This document shows positions 28,034 through 40,886 of a DNA stretch of 64,000 nucleotides, in pieces. How positions within the stretch are numbered: the stretch's first letter is position 1; every line of letters begins with the position of its first letter. Where the stretch lies: the NCBI RefSeq assembly GCF_964204645.1, contig NC_134025.1, positions 10,726,001 through 10,790,000 of the forward strand, given 5' to 3'. The notes beneath the pieces are model-generated. The model had not been told where the DNA came from. It ran no database searches and saw only the letters and a program-made list of their open reading frames with translations. This stretch comes from Tubulanus polymorphus. Taxonomy: Eukaryota; Animalia; Nemertea. Made by a program: the position numbers and the translations under genes.

Positions 28034-31000
28034 CGTGCGCGAAAAATTGTCTGAAAATCCTTCTGAGCTTTTGTCTTCTGTATAGTATTAGATATAAGCT
28101 CGGCGAAAAACAACGAATCGTTTTCTTTTGCCGAAGAGATCAGCTTCGTGTGTATATTCTCGCGCAGTCCCTGATTTATTATTTACTCTAATAATTTACT
28201 CTAATGTAATGGAGTACACTCGATGAAGAATTATGAATCGTTCATACTCCTTGGCGTTTTCGACACTGTTTTTCGATGATGAATTGATACGGAAACTTGT
28301 ATGTATTCCTTTGGCATTATTTTCTTCAAAAACAAAAAAATTGATACCTTGTTTCTCCTTTCCGCTGAGCTTTAAAAGTTGACCCGGCTAGCCACCTATC
28401 TAACTTGTGCATTACTTTTTGAAAAGATCATGATCGAGCTAACCATAACGGAATTGAATTGATTACAAATTTCATTGCGATTTATAAAATGACCCGGCCA
28501 ATAAGGAAAAACAAGGTATTGGAACCTCGTTATAACGAACTCGGATACAGCGATTCATCGGATATTACAAATATGAAATATAAGATTGTGAGAATTAAAT
28601 AATTTTTGTACTAGATATAACGAACTATCGGTTAAAACGAACATGATTTTCTGGTCCCGTGAGGTTCGTTGTAACGAGGTTCCACTGTATCATTTTTTAG
28701 CCTAAATAGAACAATTTGGATATATTCTTCTCATTTTTCAAAATATCACGGTAATATAATGCCGAAAGAAAGGGGGATGGCATACATTTTTTTCTCCCAT
28801 TTCATCAAACCACAAAAATAGAATATTAGTCTACTTATTGTATTACGATTTGATGATACAACTTAACGCGTGTTTTCGTATAGGCAATAAGAGTCAAACT
28901 TTGATTGGATTGCTTTTCATTTTATTCCACCAACCCGTTTCCAAAACCATTTTGTCATTAATACTCGTTTACTGCCGATAGAATTGCCAATAGCCGGCTA
29001 ATAAAACTGAAATTAACTACCGTCCCAGAGCGGCAATAACCGTTAGCATCATTTCATATGCGCGTCTGCTGAAAACCGGCTTCGTTTTATCATCGCGAGC
29101 GGCCGTATGAATAAAAACAATGCCATTCTCGCGCGGGCCGGCGTCCGATGAGAATTATATGATGTGATTTTTATTATCCGTTTTTTATTGTCAAACATCC
29201 TGAATCGACGAATTATACGCCAGCGGAAAGTATCGTCAGACGATCGCAGAATTATGAGGTTTCGACTGGCGTTGCTCGGTGATTTGCTACTTATTGGATA
29301 GGTCAATAAGCCTATTTGTCAAAAACGCCGTAATATTAGCCGTGTAGAAATTACAATGCGCGGTCCGACTTGTTCGAAATGACACATTAATCACCGTACT
29401 GATCTACAATGGCACTGACACCGGTTCTGAAAAGCGCATCGAATGTCGACGTTACGCGGGAAGAGGCCGCTATTGTCGCCGATGACAGCAGACGACACCG
29501 GGGTCTATACAATATCCACACACCGGTGCCAATTTAATAAAGGGAAGAGGGTATCGAATGGCAATCTAGTAAATCATCGAACGACCCGTGGTACGACAAG
29601 GACTTGCTTGTTTCACCCCGGGTTGCATCCTAATGAAAAACTTGATAAATCATTGCCGTGCAAGGAAATGGAAAACGGGAGGCGGTAATTAGTCCTTTCA
29701 CGAGCAATTTCCCGCATGAATAATAGTCTTGCTGGGAGACGACTAATATTGACAATTCCTTCCTCACAATATCCGTTATACAATACGTTTGTGTTTTTAA
29801 TTTTGGGTTTTCAAATCCAGTGCGTTGTGCGTGCATTTTAGCACGTTGATTATAACGGACTGGCCAAACTCGGTACCGATTAAGCATTTAGAATATGAGA
29901 AACTAAAATTCGTTTTGCATTAGAAACATTGTTTTTAATAGCAAGGTTAATAAGCCACTTTATCTAAGGCTAAAAAATTGATACGCTGTTTCTCATTTCT
30001 GCTTAGCTTTTAAGTTGACCCGCCGGCCACACCCTGTACATTAATTTACTAAATCATGATCAAACTATAACCGAACCCGGCAGCTGTAGAAATGAACTGA
30101 TTACAAATTTTATTGCAGTTAACAAAATTACCCGGCCGATCATATAGGTATGCGAAACAAGGTACCATTTCATTGAATCAAAAGAATTGAAAACCTGTGT
30201 GCTAAGTCAAGTCGGATTTGTTGTTTTCGTTGATTGCCCGTGATCAATCGATATACCCTCCTTATATATCACAATGAATACAAAAGATGTAAATGAAATG
30301 ATTAGATACTATCTCGTTTGGTGGTCGCAGTAATGCAATGGATATGTCACAATCAACATAGCAAGCATTGATATTTACTCGTGGGACACACTTCGACAGA
30401 AACTCATACGGACTAATAAAAGTTCTACAACGCGTGTTGTCTTCTTGAAAGCAGATTGCAATCCGTCGCCTGCTGGGCTTCTTTTGAGAACGAATTGTCC
30501 TCTTAAGCCCCGCAAGTATGGTTTCGGCAAAGCGGACACACACCGAATGTAACGAACGGACTAATTGAGTTAGAGATTTCGTTTCGAGTGCTATTAAGCG
30601 GCGGTGAATGCAGTCAATACGCGAAAAGGAACTGTCCTTATTACAAAGACATGCCAGTTTTTTGCAGATTTTAAGCCGCCCTAGGCCTGGGATTACGAAT
30701 CGAACCGGCCATTCTATCTCGAGAGAACACCTGTATTTGGCTGTATTTACACAGCCGATAACTTTAAACGAAGCGAAGACGCTTTTTCACGCGACCGTTT
30801 TTCACCCTTTTCATTTTGGTGCTTGAGCGGCAAAAAAGATTATGGCACCCCTTCTGCGAACAATAACGTTTACTGTAAAACAGTTCTAATGGTTGTATTA
30901 TTTTAGGTTGTGGGGCAATTGTTGGAATATTCGATTCGATAGCCCGGGTTGCAGATTTTACGAAAGAATTCAACACAACCCAATCCCCCCCCCAAAAAAA

Positions 31001-32923
31001 ATAAAAATCCTGGGGACAACGATATACTTGTCAGGATTGGAACCTAATGGGTGTCCGTGCTCCGTCCCAGTTTTCACGTGCCCCTTTTGAAAATGCAATT
31101 GCAATATTTGTCCGGGGCACTTTTTCCTGGCAGCAGACCGCAGCGTTAGATATAGTTCATATCTCTCTTATGTCGCTCGAGTGCCGAGAAATTGTATGAA
31201 TATGCACTGAAATTTCAAAATTTTCCAGAATTTGTCACTTTATCAGGATGCTCTTTTCATTTCTTTGTGCTCAATGTCGACCCTCGGATCCACCACTGCT
31301 TGTGTTACAGAACACACAGACTTCGACTGTCCCAGGGTAGTTCAAAATATCTTTCGCTCGAGACTTTTCACATCGTGTTCCAGATTGTAACGAGGGTTTT
31401 CCCAAGCAAAGTGGTCATACGAACGTTACTTCGCATTCCCCGTGCGACGCGTCGCTGTTTACCTTCATGCCTCGGTGTAGGGATACGCACACGACAGGGC
31501 ATGTCACCCCCGATGTCGCCGTACCGCCGTTCTCCACTTCGGGCCCATTAATAGTTGCCATTTGACGGCTTTAAAACGACTCTTTGGTGCTTATTAATGC
31601 GCAATCTGGCGGGGAAGGTTCTTAGATCCGCCGTTTTCAATGCGAATTGTTTTTCTTCTGGAAATCGTGTTTACCTAAGAATTTAAGGGGATAAGCCGGG
31701 CGAAAGTGCACAATGAAATCGTGCACATCCCCGCGGCTTCGGCAGTTGCTCTTTTCTCCTCGCCGAGAAAGGCAGAGCCGCCCTATTGAAACCTTAACAA
31801 ATTGCCACAATTGCCGCTGATCGCAGTAAATTGGCCAGGCGGGTACAAGACGTTTAGACCCTATTTGTTCTTTTGGGAGACAAGCGTGCGCGTTCGAATG
31901 CGAATTACTTAATTGCCTCCCTCCAGCAAATAAACACTGCATCAAATTTGACACATTATGGGATGTCACAATCGATTGGTTTCAGATTCGGAGATGCCCG
32001 AGTTTAAAACGGTTCCTATACGATTCAATGAGATTGGGATATTGGACAACTTTTTAATTTTTGGCTGTGGATGCTGTCTATATTTACGTGGTAAAATCAC
32101 GAGCGGTCAAGATTAAGGAGATATCAAAAGTTTTAGAAGGGTTTTGGCTAGAGAGAGGGGAAATCTGAAAACGGGAAGCACCATAGAAAAGTATTTTAAC
32201 CAATTTTGCTAAATGAGTCGACACACCCTAATTGGAAATATCCATGACCTTTACTTAAGGTTTTATATACAATTTGTTTAGATAATTTTGAGTGTACATA
32301 CTATAAGTAGTGCAATTACTATTAAACATTTGACATCTGAAGTATCGTGTCGTACAAAAGTAACTTTACAAACAAACAAGAATTCGAGTGAGCTTCACTA
32401 ACAAATCCATATTCAACTTATTTCACAAAGACCAACGTTGATATCCTTATTTCTCAACATCCAATTGTAAAACAGTTATACAACCAAGAAATTCATGCTA
32501 ATAAAATGAAAGGAAGGAAGATAACATGAGAACCAACGTTCACCAGTCACAATATGTTTTCTTTGTCACCAATCGCTTCTGATTCGAGGATTCGCGTCAT
32601 TCGAGGTATATATTTAGAGTCGATTCATTTCCGTATGTTATTGCCACATTCCCGAGGTAAGTACCGGTTGTTTTGGCGTATCCAGGTAAATATGATATTA
32701 AGAAGCCGGTATGTGTTTGGCACCGCGCACACAACATCATCAACCCGGCACTCGGCGCTTATTGGAGGGATACGCGAACATCACCGCCTTGAAGACGGAA
32801 AACCTATCAACCGATGGGCGGAGTCTGAGTGATGCGGCTGATTAACGCGACTTGTGCTGGTAAAAAGTTAGTGGTTGGAGACGCGAGATATTTCACACGA
32901 CCAGACGCCAGAAAATAGTCAGA

Positions 32924-35900
32924 ATGAGCTGCTGCGTCGATATAATGTATACGCCGTATTCCAGTTACTTTCCGTATCACCAAAGACAGTATGAATCAAT
33001 TAAGGTGAGTTACTTTCACTTCGGTAATAACCATTCGTTTATTTACGCAGTCGAGAGCGCAAAGCCGTGGCGGTGACCGCGACGTTTGCAAAATGCCGTA
33101 AAATAAATTGAACAATTTAAGGCATTCTTTATAAGTGCATATTTAAGAATGTAAAAGAATGAGTGAGGAATGTTTACATTGCCATGGAGAAAAGAATGCC
33201 CGAAGAATGCGGAATGCACGCAGTTCTATTCTTTAGCATATTGGGAGTTATTCTCACTATCTAGTGATGACATTCCTCAATATTTCTAAAAACACGGTCG
33301 TTGAAACGCCAGTTGTTGTACTAGTTTGTAAATCAGAAGTCACTATACGGATGATGGCTCAGAGCAGAAGCCAAGAATCGGGTAAAAGAGTAATGCGCCT
33401 TCAACCTGTCCAACGCATTCCTATCAGCATTATGTTCAGTCTTGTACGTTGCTACAAAGCCTTTTCTATGATAGACTATGCATATGTGTAGCTCTTCTTC
33501 TTTACAGAAAACCGATGCACCTAGAATGCAACAAGAGCATTTGGACCATTCTAATTCTCCCAGTTCATCGTCGGATTACACGTCGCGATCGGAGTTGTTA
33601 GTTGCCCAACAGGAGGACGATATTTCTCCGAAGGAGACGCGATATTTGACCGCTAATTGCCTGCTGATAACGTATTTTACCGGGGATATATCGGCCGTAG
33701 TTGACGATCACTTCACTCGGGCTCTCAGTCAGCCGAGCAGTTACAGTGCCGAAAATCAGGGCAGCAAACCACCGGATAAAGGTAAGTTATTTTTCAATCC
33801 TTTTCTCAAAGATCTTCGATAGATTCAACATACCGAGCCAACTCATGAAAATGAACTTTTTTACGCTACGGCCAGTCGCTTCAGAGATTCTTTTGGGGAA
33901 CGAAATGTATGTTAGCGCGTGGGTAGCGAAAAGCGGCTTAAGAAAAGTGTGGCATTTTGTTTACAAGACTTATGAATTATATACGCGTCTTGTGTGCCTT
34001 CTTTGCCTGCGAGTTAGAGGCATATATACTTATTTTTGGTTCCGACAGATGTAATGAACATGTCAAACACGTGCTCATTCGTGTAATACCCGTGTTCATA
34101 CACAAAAATCAACGCGTAAAAATCATCATTCTAACAGCTTTTTTTGTTGTAAATTCATCGTTTAATACATTAGCAATAGGAAATTCTAAAGGGTAAAATT
34201 GTAGTTTTTGTGTTATATAACATACCTTATTTACTAATTTAAAACTGACAAATTGTTGTATCACGAAATAAATTACACCTCTGTATTTGGGTTTCGTATG
34301 CGTTTATACGAACTTCACTGAATATATGACTTAGAATACTAAATTCTACTAGTGACACTACATATAGAAAAATTTTTACACTAGATTTTTTTTTAAAGCT
34401 TTTACTTCGATTACAAGAGAAATCCCACAATAAGTTCAGCCAAAACGAGAAACTTGAATAGAAGAGTTATATATATTTGCGCAACGTTTCGGCTAAAGAC
34501 TATTAGTACGCCATCAGTAGACATCAGTACGCCTGATGATGGCTAATAGTCTTTAGCCGAAACGTTGCGCAAATATATATAACTCTTCTATTCAAGTTTC
34601 TCGTTTTGGCTGAACTTATTGTGGGATTTCTCTTGTTATCTTCTTACACGGATATTGTGTATCTTCTCGTCTCATTTACTTCGATTTCATTGATGACGCT
34701 AACGCGAAAAGCAAACGTTCATATTTGCTGGACCTTCGGAAGTGAAATTGTCAAAACAGGGAATTTTGAGTGTAATCCATATCAGTTAAAATATGGCCAA
34801 AATTTCGGAATTAGATATTCATGTATATACTTCGTATCTTATATATCAAACCGTATACATTAAAAGTATCTAAATTATACGAAGTCGGTCATCATCCAGA
34901 AAGTGTTTTCATTCGCAGGAAGTTCCGTTTATTATTCGACGCAGCGTCGTCGATTAGCGCATGTGCTATTAAAATAACCACCTTCCGCGCTAAGGAAACT
35001 CCGTATCTCGTAACCCAATAGCTTTTACGTATAGCGAACATGAACTTCAGGCGCATGGATACTGGATCGTATAGGTTTTGTCGGGCGGTCAGCGACGCGA
35101 TAACCGAGTAAAAACAAATCGCGCGGCGGCAGTTCACTCCCAGCCAGGGTCCATCCATGTTTCTAGGAACAGAATATATTCAATTCGATATTTAGCACTG
35201 TGGTGGCGGTGCCGGTGGTGGTTGAATCAAACAAAGTTTAAATCAGATGATCGATCCACACAATCGAAATATATACCGAAAATTGAGTCGGTCCGTAAAA
35301 TTGTTCCCAATTTGGTTCATCCATGATTATGTATGCAATGATATCGATGTTTTTATTTTGATTTGAACAAGGTCTGCCATTTTGAAAACATTTCATTTGA
35401 GTCAAAACGTCGGACTATTTAGTTAGTATTTCTCTTTAACTGTGGGTTTTCTTCAACATCAAAATATTTCTAATTGATTTTCGAGGTATTTGTAGGCCCT
35501 ATAGATAATCCCTGTTCAGAGGAAAAGTATCCTATATGATATCTTTCTCAATCAAAATCAGTGTAGCTTAGAAAAGGAAAAATAGGACAAACTATACTTA
35601 CAAAGATCAGAGGGCAAGTCAAGTTGTGAAAGGTTTCGTTTTGCGATAAAAGCTTAAACAAATCGGAAAATTGAATATCGTTTTTATCAGAATTTCAATA
35701 ACGCTTCAATGCGGGTTATTTTTCTTTCTGTGTTTTTGAAGACCTTACGACAGAACTTATTCGAGGCACTTGTGAATAGTTTCCGGGGTTACGTTTCTAT
35801 GTCCGTTGTTTGACATGTTTCCCATGCCACAGCAGTTTATTTAGCTGTGGCCTCTTAGAACGCAGACCGGCTTATATTAGAAAAACAATACTCGATCTCA

Positions 35901-37906
35901 GTGTCGAAAAGCAAAATCGGGAAATTAATTTTTGAACATTTCCTTCAGTATCATATTACAAGAAATGGGTATTTTCAATGCATAGCTACTTAATTCTGAA
36001 AAAAAAATCAATATCTTTTCATCGTGACAGGCAAGGATTAGGCAAACCATGGACTATTTATCGAATTCTTGATATAGTCATGGGCAAAAGGACATAAGAT
36101 TTCCTTGTTCGCTGTTCACCAACCTTATCTACATCAAATCTTTATGATTTGGAAAAATGTTAAACCATTTGGTCCGATTTCATTTTTCAAAGTCAAAGTC
36201 AAAGAAGAAATCGTAAATACATTTGAAATATTTGGAATTGTTAAAAAATACTGGAATTGTTCATTAGCCGCGATCACACAACTAGTTAGACCGGTCTAAA
36301 TGTGTCCGTACCTGGTCCGGTCCAAATTTAGACCGGACCAAATTAGAGCAAGACATTCTTCATTTTTACCAATTCGATCATCTGTCAGGTTTTTATTCTA
36401 TCGCGCTGAAACTAAACGTCGTTTAAACAAAATTCAAAGCACGGAAGTAAAATAATGATTGCGATATACGAATACGAATATTTGTTACTCTTCAAACATT
36501 TCCATAGTATACGGAGGAAAAACAGTACTTAAAATTAGTTCTATAAACTGTTATTTGTTACGATCGTGTTAAAATGAATTAGGCTTTTTGCCACGTGTAA
36601 TTGGAACATATTTCAAATGTGTTATGCGTGGTATACGTGGAAAACTGAGTGCCGAGATCGAAAATAGTTACCTTGAACTTAATTGTATTGTATTCGAAAT
36701 GAATTGATTGAATAAATTCTTTCTCTTTCAGATACGTCACCGATGGCGCAACGGAACTTCCCCGCCTCATTTTGGAACAGTGCATATCAGACTCAGGGCA
36801 ATGCGATGCCCACGGAACTGACGCAATATTCGGATCCGTACGGAGGAGCCACGGCGGCGCTTCATCACGGCGTCGCCCCGTTACAGACGGCCGACCCTTG
36901 GCACTATTCAGGACACTATACTAATCACAGAGCTATGACGGACTTACCATATTCCAGTGTGGCCGCCGCGAGTAGCAGTCGGTTTACGCCCCATTACGGG
37001 TCATTGTTGATGCCGCATCAGACATCTTCAATGCGTTCTAGTCGGATAAGCAGTACTATGACTGCTGGACAATGTAACGAGCTGGCCGGTAAAGCTAGTG
37101 GTGAACATTGGGGCACGGACTATTCAAATATGCCGCTCAAACAGGAGTTTCCATCATCTCACACGGTTTTATCAGGTGAGCAGTCGACTCGATAAAAATG
37201 CCATCGAAAAGTTTTAATTCGTGGAGCGATTTGACATAGTTCCATCCAGGTTAAAGGTTAAACATATCATCAAAGCATAATCTGTTGACTAGAGTAAAAC
37301 TGTTGAAAGGTGTAACTGTTAGCGAAAATGCTTCGTTCAGTTTTCAAATTATGTTCACGTGATGTACTAGTCACGGGTTACTCGAAAAATCGAAAACGCT
37401 ACACAGGTCTCACTGATATACAATATGATTTACTGAAATGTGGAAAAGGAAAAGTGTTCGTCCAGTTGAAATAACTGCTCGTCATTTTCCAAAGACTCTA
37501 TAATTAAATAAGATGATTACTGTTTGGTAATCAAGTGCATCGATTGAAGTTTTTTGTAACTACAATCTACATTTTGATCACACATAGATGTAACCAAAAT
37601 ATTGGCTTGATCAGCAACGGTCATTATATAATAGTGGATTCGGAAATATGTACGAATTACTAAATGGTTGTTATTTCCGTGCTCCTTTTCGATTTACAAA
37701 TCGTATTTGGCAAGTTCAGATATATCTTACGGAAAGCAATGCAATGAGATAAAAAGAAAAAAAAAACATTGCCACGGGATAACATTGCCCAATTTTTATT
37801 TTTATTTTTTTCCATTGTAGGTATCGATAGTTCATCTTCGCAGACGACAACGGTGGCCACGTCAGGAATGCAAGACACAAACAGCATGGACCTGTATTGG
37901 TTTTAG
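32924..37906 (+). CDS. vg: Vestigial / vestigial-like (VGLL1-3 type) TEAD/Scalloped co-activator (4 exons, 294 aa)
   Basis: Exons 32924-33004, 33508-33781, 36732-37175, 37821-37906 total 885 nt in frame. N-terminus MSCCVDIMY..Y..YFPY, Tondu domain YLTANCLLITYFTGDISAVVDDHFTRAL, PMAQRNFPASFWNS motif, ADPWH, YGSLL and C-terminal DLYWF as in invertebrate Vestigial proteins. Confidence 0.93.
33123..33421. promoter_or_regulatory. Cluster of TEAD/Scalloped (MCAT) motifs in vestigial intron 1
   Basis: CATTCY/RGAATG at 33123, 33146, 33156, 33167, 33193, 33204, 33211, 33271 and 33416. Confidence 0.6.
34413..34673. mobile_element. Fold-back Penelope-like element with hammerhead motif, copy 2
   Basis: Perfect ~93 bp arms (34413-34506 and 34543-34636), plus-strand CTGATGA...GAAACGTT, and the same outer TTATTGTGGGATTTCT end and TACACGGATA.TGTGTATCTTCTC tail as copy 1. 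Confidence 0.7.
34527..34572 (+). ncRNA. Minimal type I hammerhead ribozyme motif
   Basis: UACGC-CUGAUGA(34533-34539)-U-GGCUAA-uagucu-UUAGCC-GAAA(34559-34562)-CGUU^GCGCA. Stem II 6 bp, palindromic ACGU stem III, stem I CGC/GCG. Confidence 0.6.
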
Positions 37907-39234
37907 GTGTTCTATCAAAAGACCTTAGCCGTTTACTTGTTTTGACTGTAAAAATAACGAGTGTGATATTGTTGTGACCGCCGATCGTTGAAATGAAATC
38001 CTACCAAAAATGGATGTATGATCTAGATTTCTCTAGATGCAACGTGCATTGATCCTATACGAAGGATTCTGGTGGCCATAGAAGTTTGTCGTTCGAAGCT
38101 CTGTCATTTGTAGAGTTGTCGCGCCTACGCGATGCGGGTTGGATATCAAATATGAGTAAATTATTCCTGTCAATACGTCAGGTATAAGAGTCCTCCTGAT
38201 ATCAAAATCGTTATATACATGTATTAATGAATTGCTCAGTATTTCAGACATTGTGCTTGCATTTTGTAATTTATTTTTTCTAAATCTGTTTACCGATGCC
38301 TATTTCACAGGGCCCAAATCAAGAGCCCCGTGAAATAAATTATTCGGTTTCAAAAACTCAAATGTTTGGTTTCTTCTCACGGATTCGGTTCCACTACTGT
38401 CACTTGATTCGAATTGTATTATGAATGAATTTAAGTCTAGAATAAAATCTAAACCACAACTGTAATGTAGAACCGCGTCGGTCGTACCCGTACCACAGAA
38501 CGACTTTATTTGAGTCAGGAAAATTTGAAATCAGTTATGGGGCCAAAATGAGCTGAATCTTTCGATTCCGAGTGTGGAACTGGCTGCACAGCTCTTGAAC
38601 CTGTTAGAATGTTTTACGTTAGCTCTATATAGGTTCAACGAAATTCTGATCCGTCTGAACGAAAATATCAGATATGTATGTTTCACCGATGAAATAGCCG
38701 ATTTCCTTAGATTTAACTGTTTTTGTTGTCTAGTTGATTATATAACGGTACGCACTTGTATACGTCGTGTTGTAAAATTAGGATCGGTCAGGGTAGACTG
38801 GTGGTGAAAAAGGAACTATCTCGTTTATGACAATATCAGAAACGTATTTGAGATTTTATTTTGCGAATCAATCAAGTATAAGATTTGTAATGTGCAAATG
38901 TTATCAACGCGCATCAAAATTGAATGCATTGCGTTCTCGTTTGACTCCACAGCGATTCGACTGAGAAGTGCCCGGTTGGCAGCTACTGACCCTCGAATAA
39001 TTTTTCGCTGACCATTGTCACTTGTGATTTTAAAAACGAAGTTGTATTCTAATCATTTTATTCTGCATCGTATAGCGAACGTTGATATATCGATCTCGAC
39101 TGCTCAGAACTATTATCAACGTCACAAATTTGTTCTCATTGATTTGCAAATCTTTCGTTATGTATAAGTTATTATGTGGTAAAATGATATCGTTTTTTGC
39201 TCTAAATGTGTAAATTATGTATATATAATGTGAA

Positions 39235-39262
<28 letters not shown>
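39235..39262. repeat. (TA)n microsatellite
   Basis: Directly visible, downstream of the vestigial stop codon. Confidence 0.85.
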
Positions 39263-39268
<6 letters not shown>

Positions 39269-39552
39269 ATAATATCCATGTATATATGTCATGTGATTTA
39301 ATTTATTACGTTGTTGTTATTTATTCATGCTAGTCTGTGTGTGTACGGTTCAGATCAAATTTATATGGCGATTTCCCAATATTCAGATAGCGTTCAGAAT
39401 TTCAACATCGTGCGTAGATCATATCGTGATCTGTTGCCTATTCATCCAGACAAGATATCCATATCGGAGGACCAGACTAGAGAAGACCATGATTGGTCAT
39501 GATAACAGTTTACGACTACAGAATCTATCCGCAACAGAGATCAGTGACAGAT

Positions 39553-40009
39553 AATTCGCTGGCTTTCTGGCGAACCGTCGAATATGCATTTTTATCGAAA
39601 ATGGGCTGAATATGTACCATTAAAATCGCTGTCTCTTAAAGTTTCAGTTGCTCAGGCTAATTAGTTATGGTAAATTCCCCGTTTTTGGCAAACCCTCGAA
39701 TGGGCATAACCGTCGAATATGCATGGCCGAATCATATCATTCAGTGCATGGTGAACAGTAGTATATGGTTAATCGATGTCATGATTTTTTGGTGAACCTC
39801 AAATGTGTTTTCTGGACCCTCCGAATTTGCCCATTTTTTTTTTCGTTCAAAAATATTGGTAACTGATAGTCATTTTCGGTATTCGCTTCTTGAAAATGAA
39901 CCTGATATCGGAAACGGGAGCGACACGAAAGTTCAAAATTTCAAATTGATTTTTCTCAGTTTCAATGCAAGTGCTCAAATTTGACGGTTCGCCAGAAAGC
40001 CAGCGAATT
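39553..40009. mobile_element. MITE with 27 bp perfect TIR
   Basis: AATTCGCTGGCTTTCTGGCGAACCGTC at 39553 and its reverse complement ending at 40009. A solo end lies at ~19848-19870. Confidence 0.75.
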
Positions 40010-40886
40010 CTAAGGGAAACAAAATGGAAACTTCGGAAGCACAGGACAATTGAGCACTAAGTCAGAAACAGGTCTACCCGTAGCATCAGTCAACATAAGC
40101 TGACAGAATCAACAAGAACTGGGAAGAAATCACTTGCGTTGAGAGTGCAATTATATTGTGGATATTTCGAAAGAGGTCTACGCCAAGGTAACCGTAGTAT
40201 TTAGTTGTGGTTCGGGTTCCGTTAGGCCTACTCCCCCAGATTTAAGTAATTTTGGCATATTGGGGTGAAAATTCTCTCGTTTATAACTTAAGATCACCGG
40301 TTCCCAGAAATCTTTGCTCCATTTTCCTGACAATCGAAGAAGTCGATCAAGCTACGTCAACTAACAAAAATTGACATTGGGACGTCGTTTTGTCCTGTTC
40401 TGGGGCATTTGAAATATTTTTGCCCTCTTAGCATGTTATTCTTATTAGGAGGATTGAGGAACGCACTGAGGATTTTCATCTTTGGGAACCCCGCACCACG
40501 TGGCTGTAGTACCGACAGTCCTGGACTGGCTTCGAATCGATGATTCCATTGTTGCTGTTCTCCTCCGTCAGTTGGTTAGAATCTTCCTTACAGCGGCAAT
40601 GACAACACATACTCCGATACTTTCAAACATATTTAATCGTAGACGGTGAAGTGGATCTTTCCGGGCCGGGTGACTGACGCCTTTTGTACTCAAGTTAATG
40701 AACTACAGATTTCGATTGTTCAAATAATGATAAAAAGTTCAGATTCTATACTGTCACACTATGATGGCAATAATTGTCTCCTATCACCAAAAAGACTCCG
40801 ATATTCAGCAGGGTACGCGCGACAAACGAATAAAGTTTATTTGTATTGTATTTAGCGAAAGGGTTAATACGGTGGTACCGTCCATC

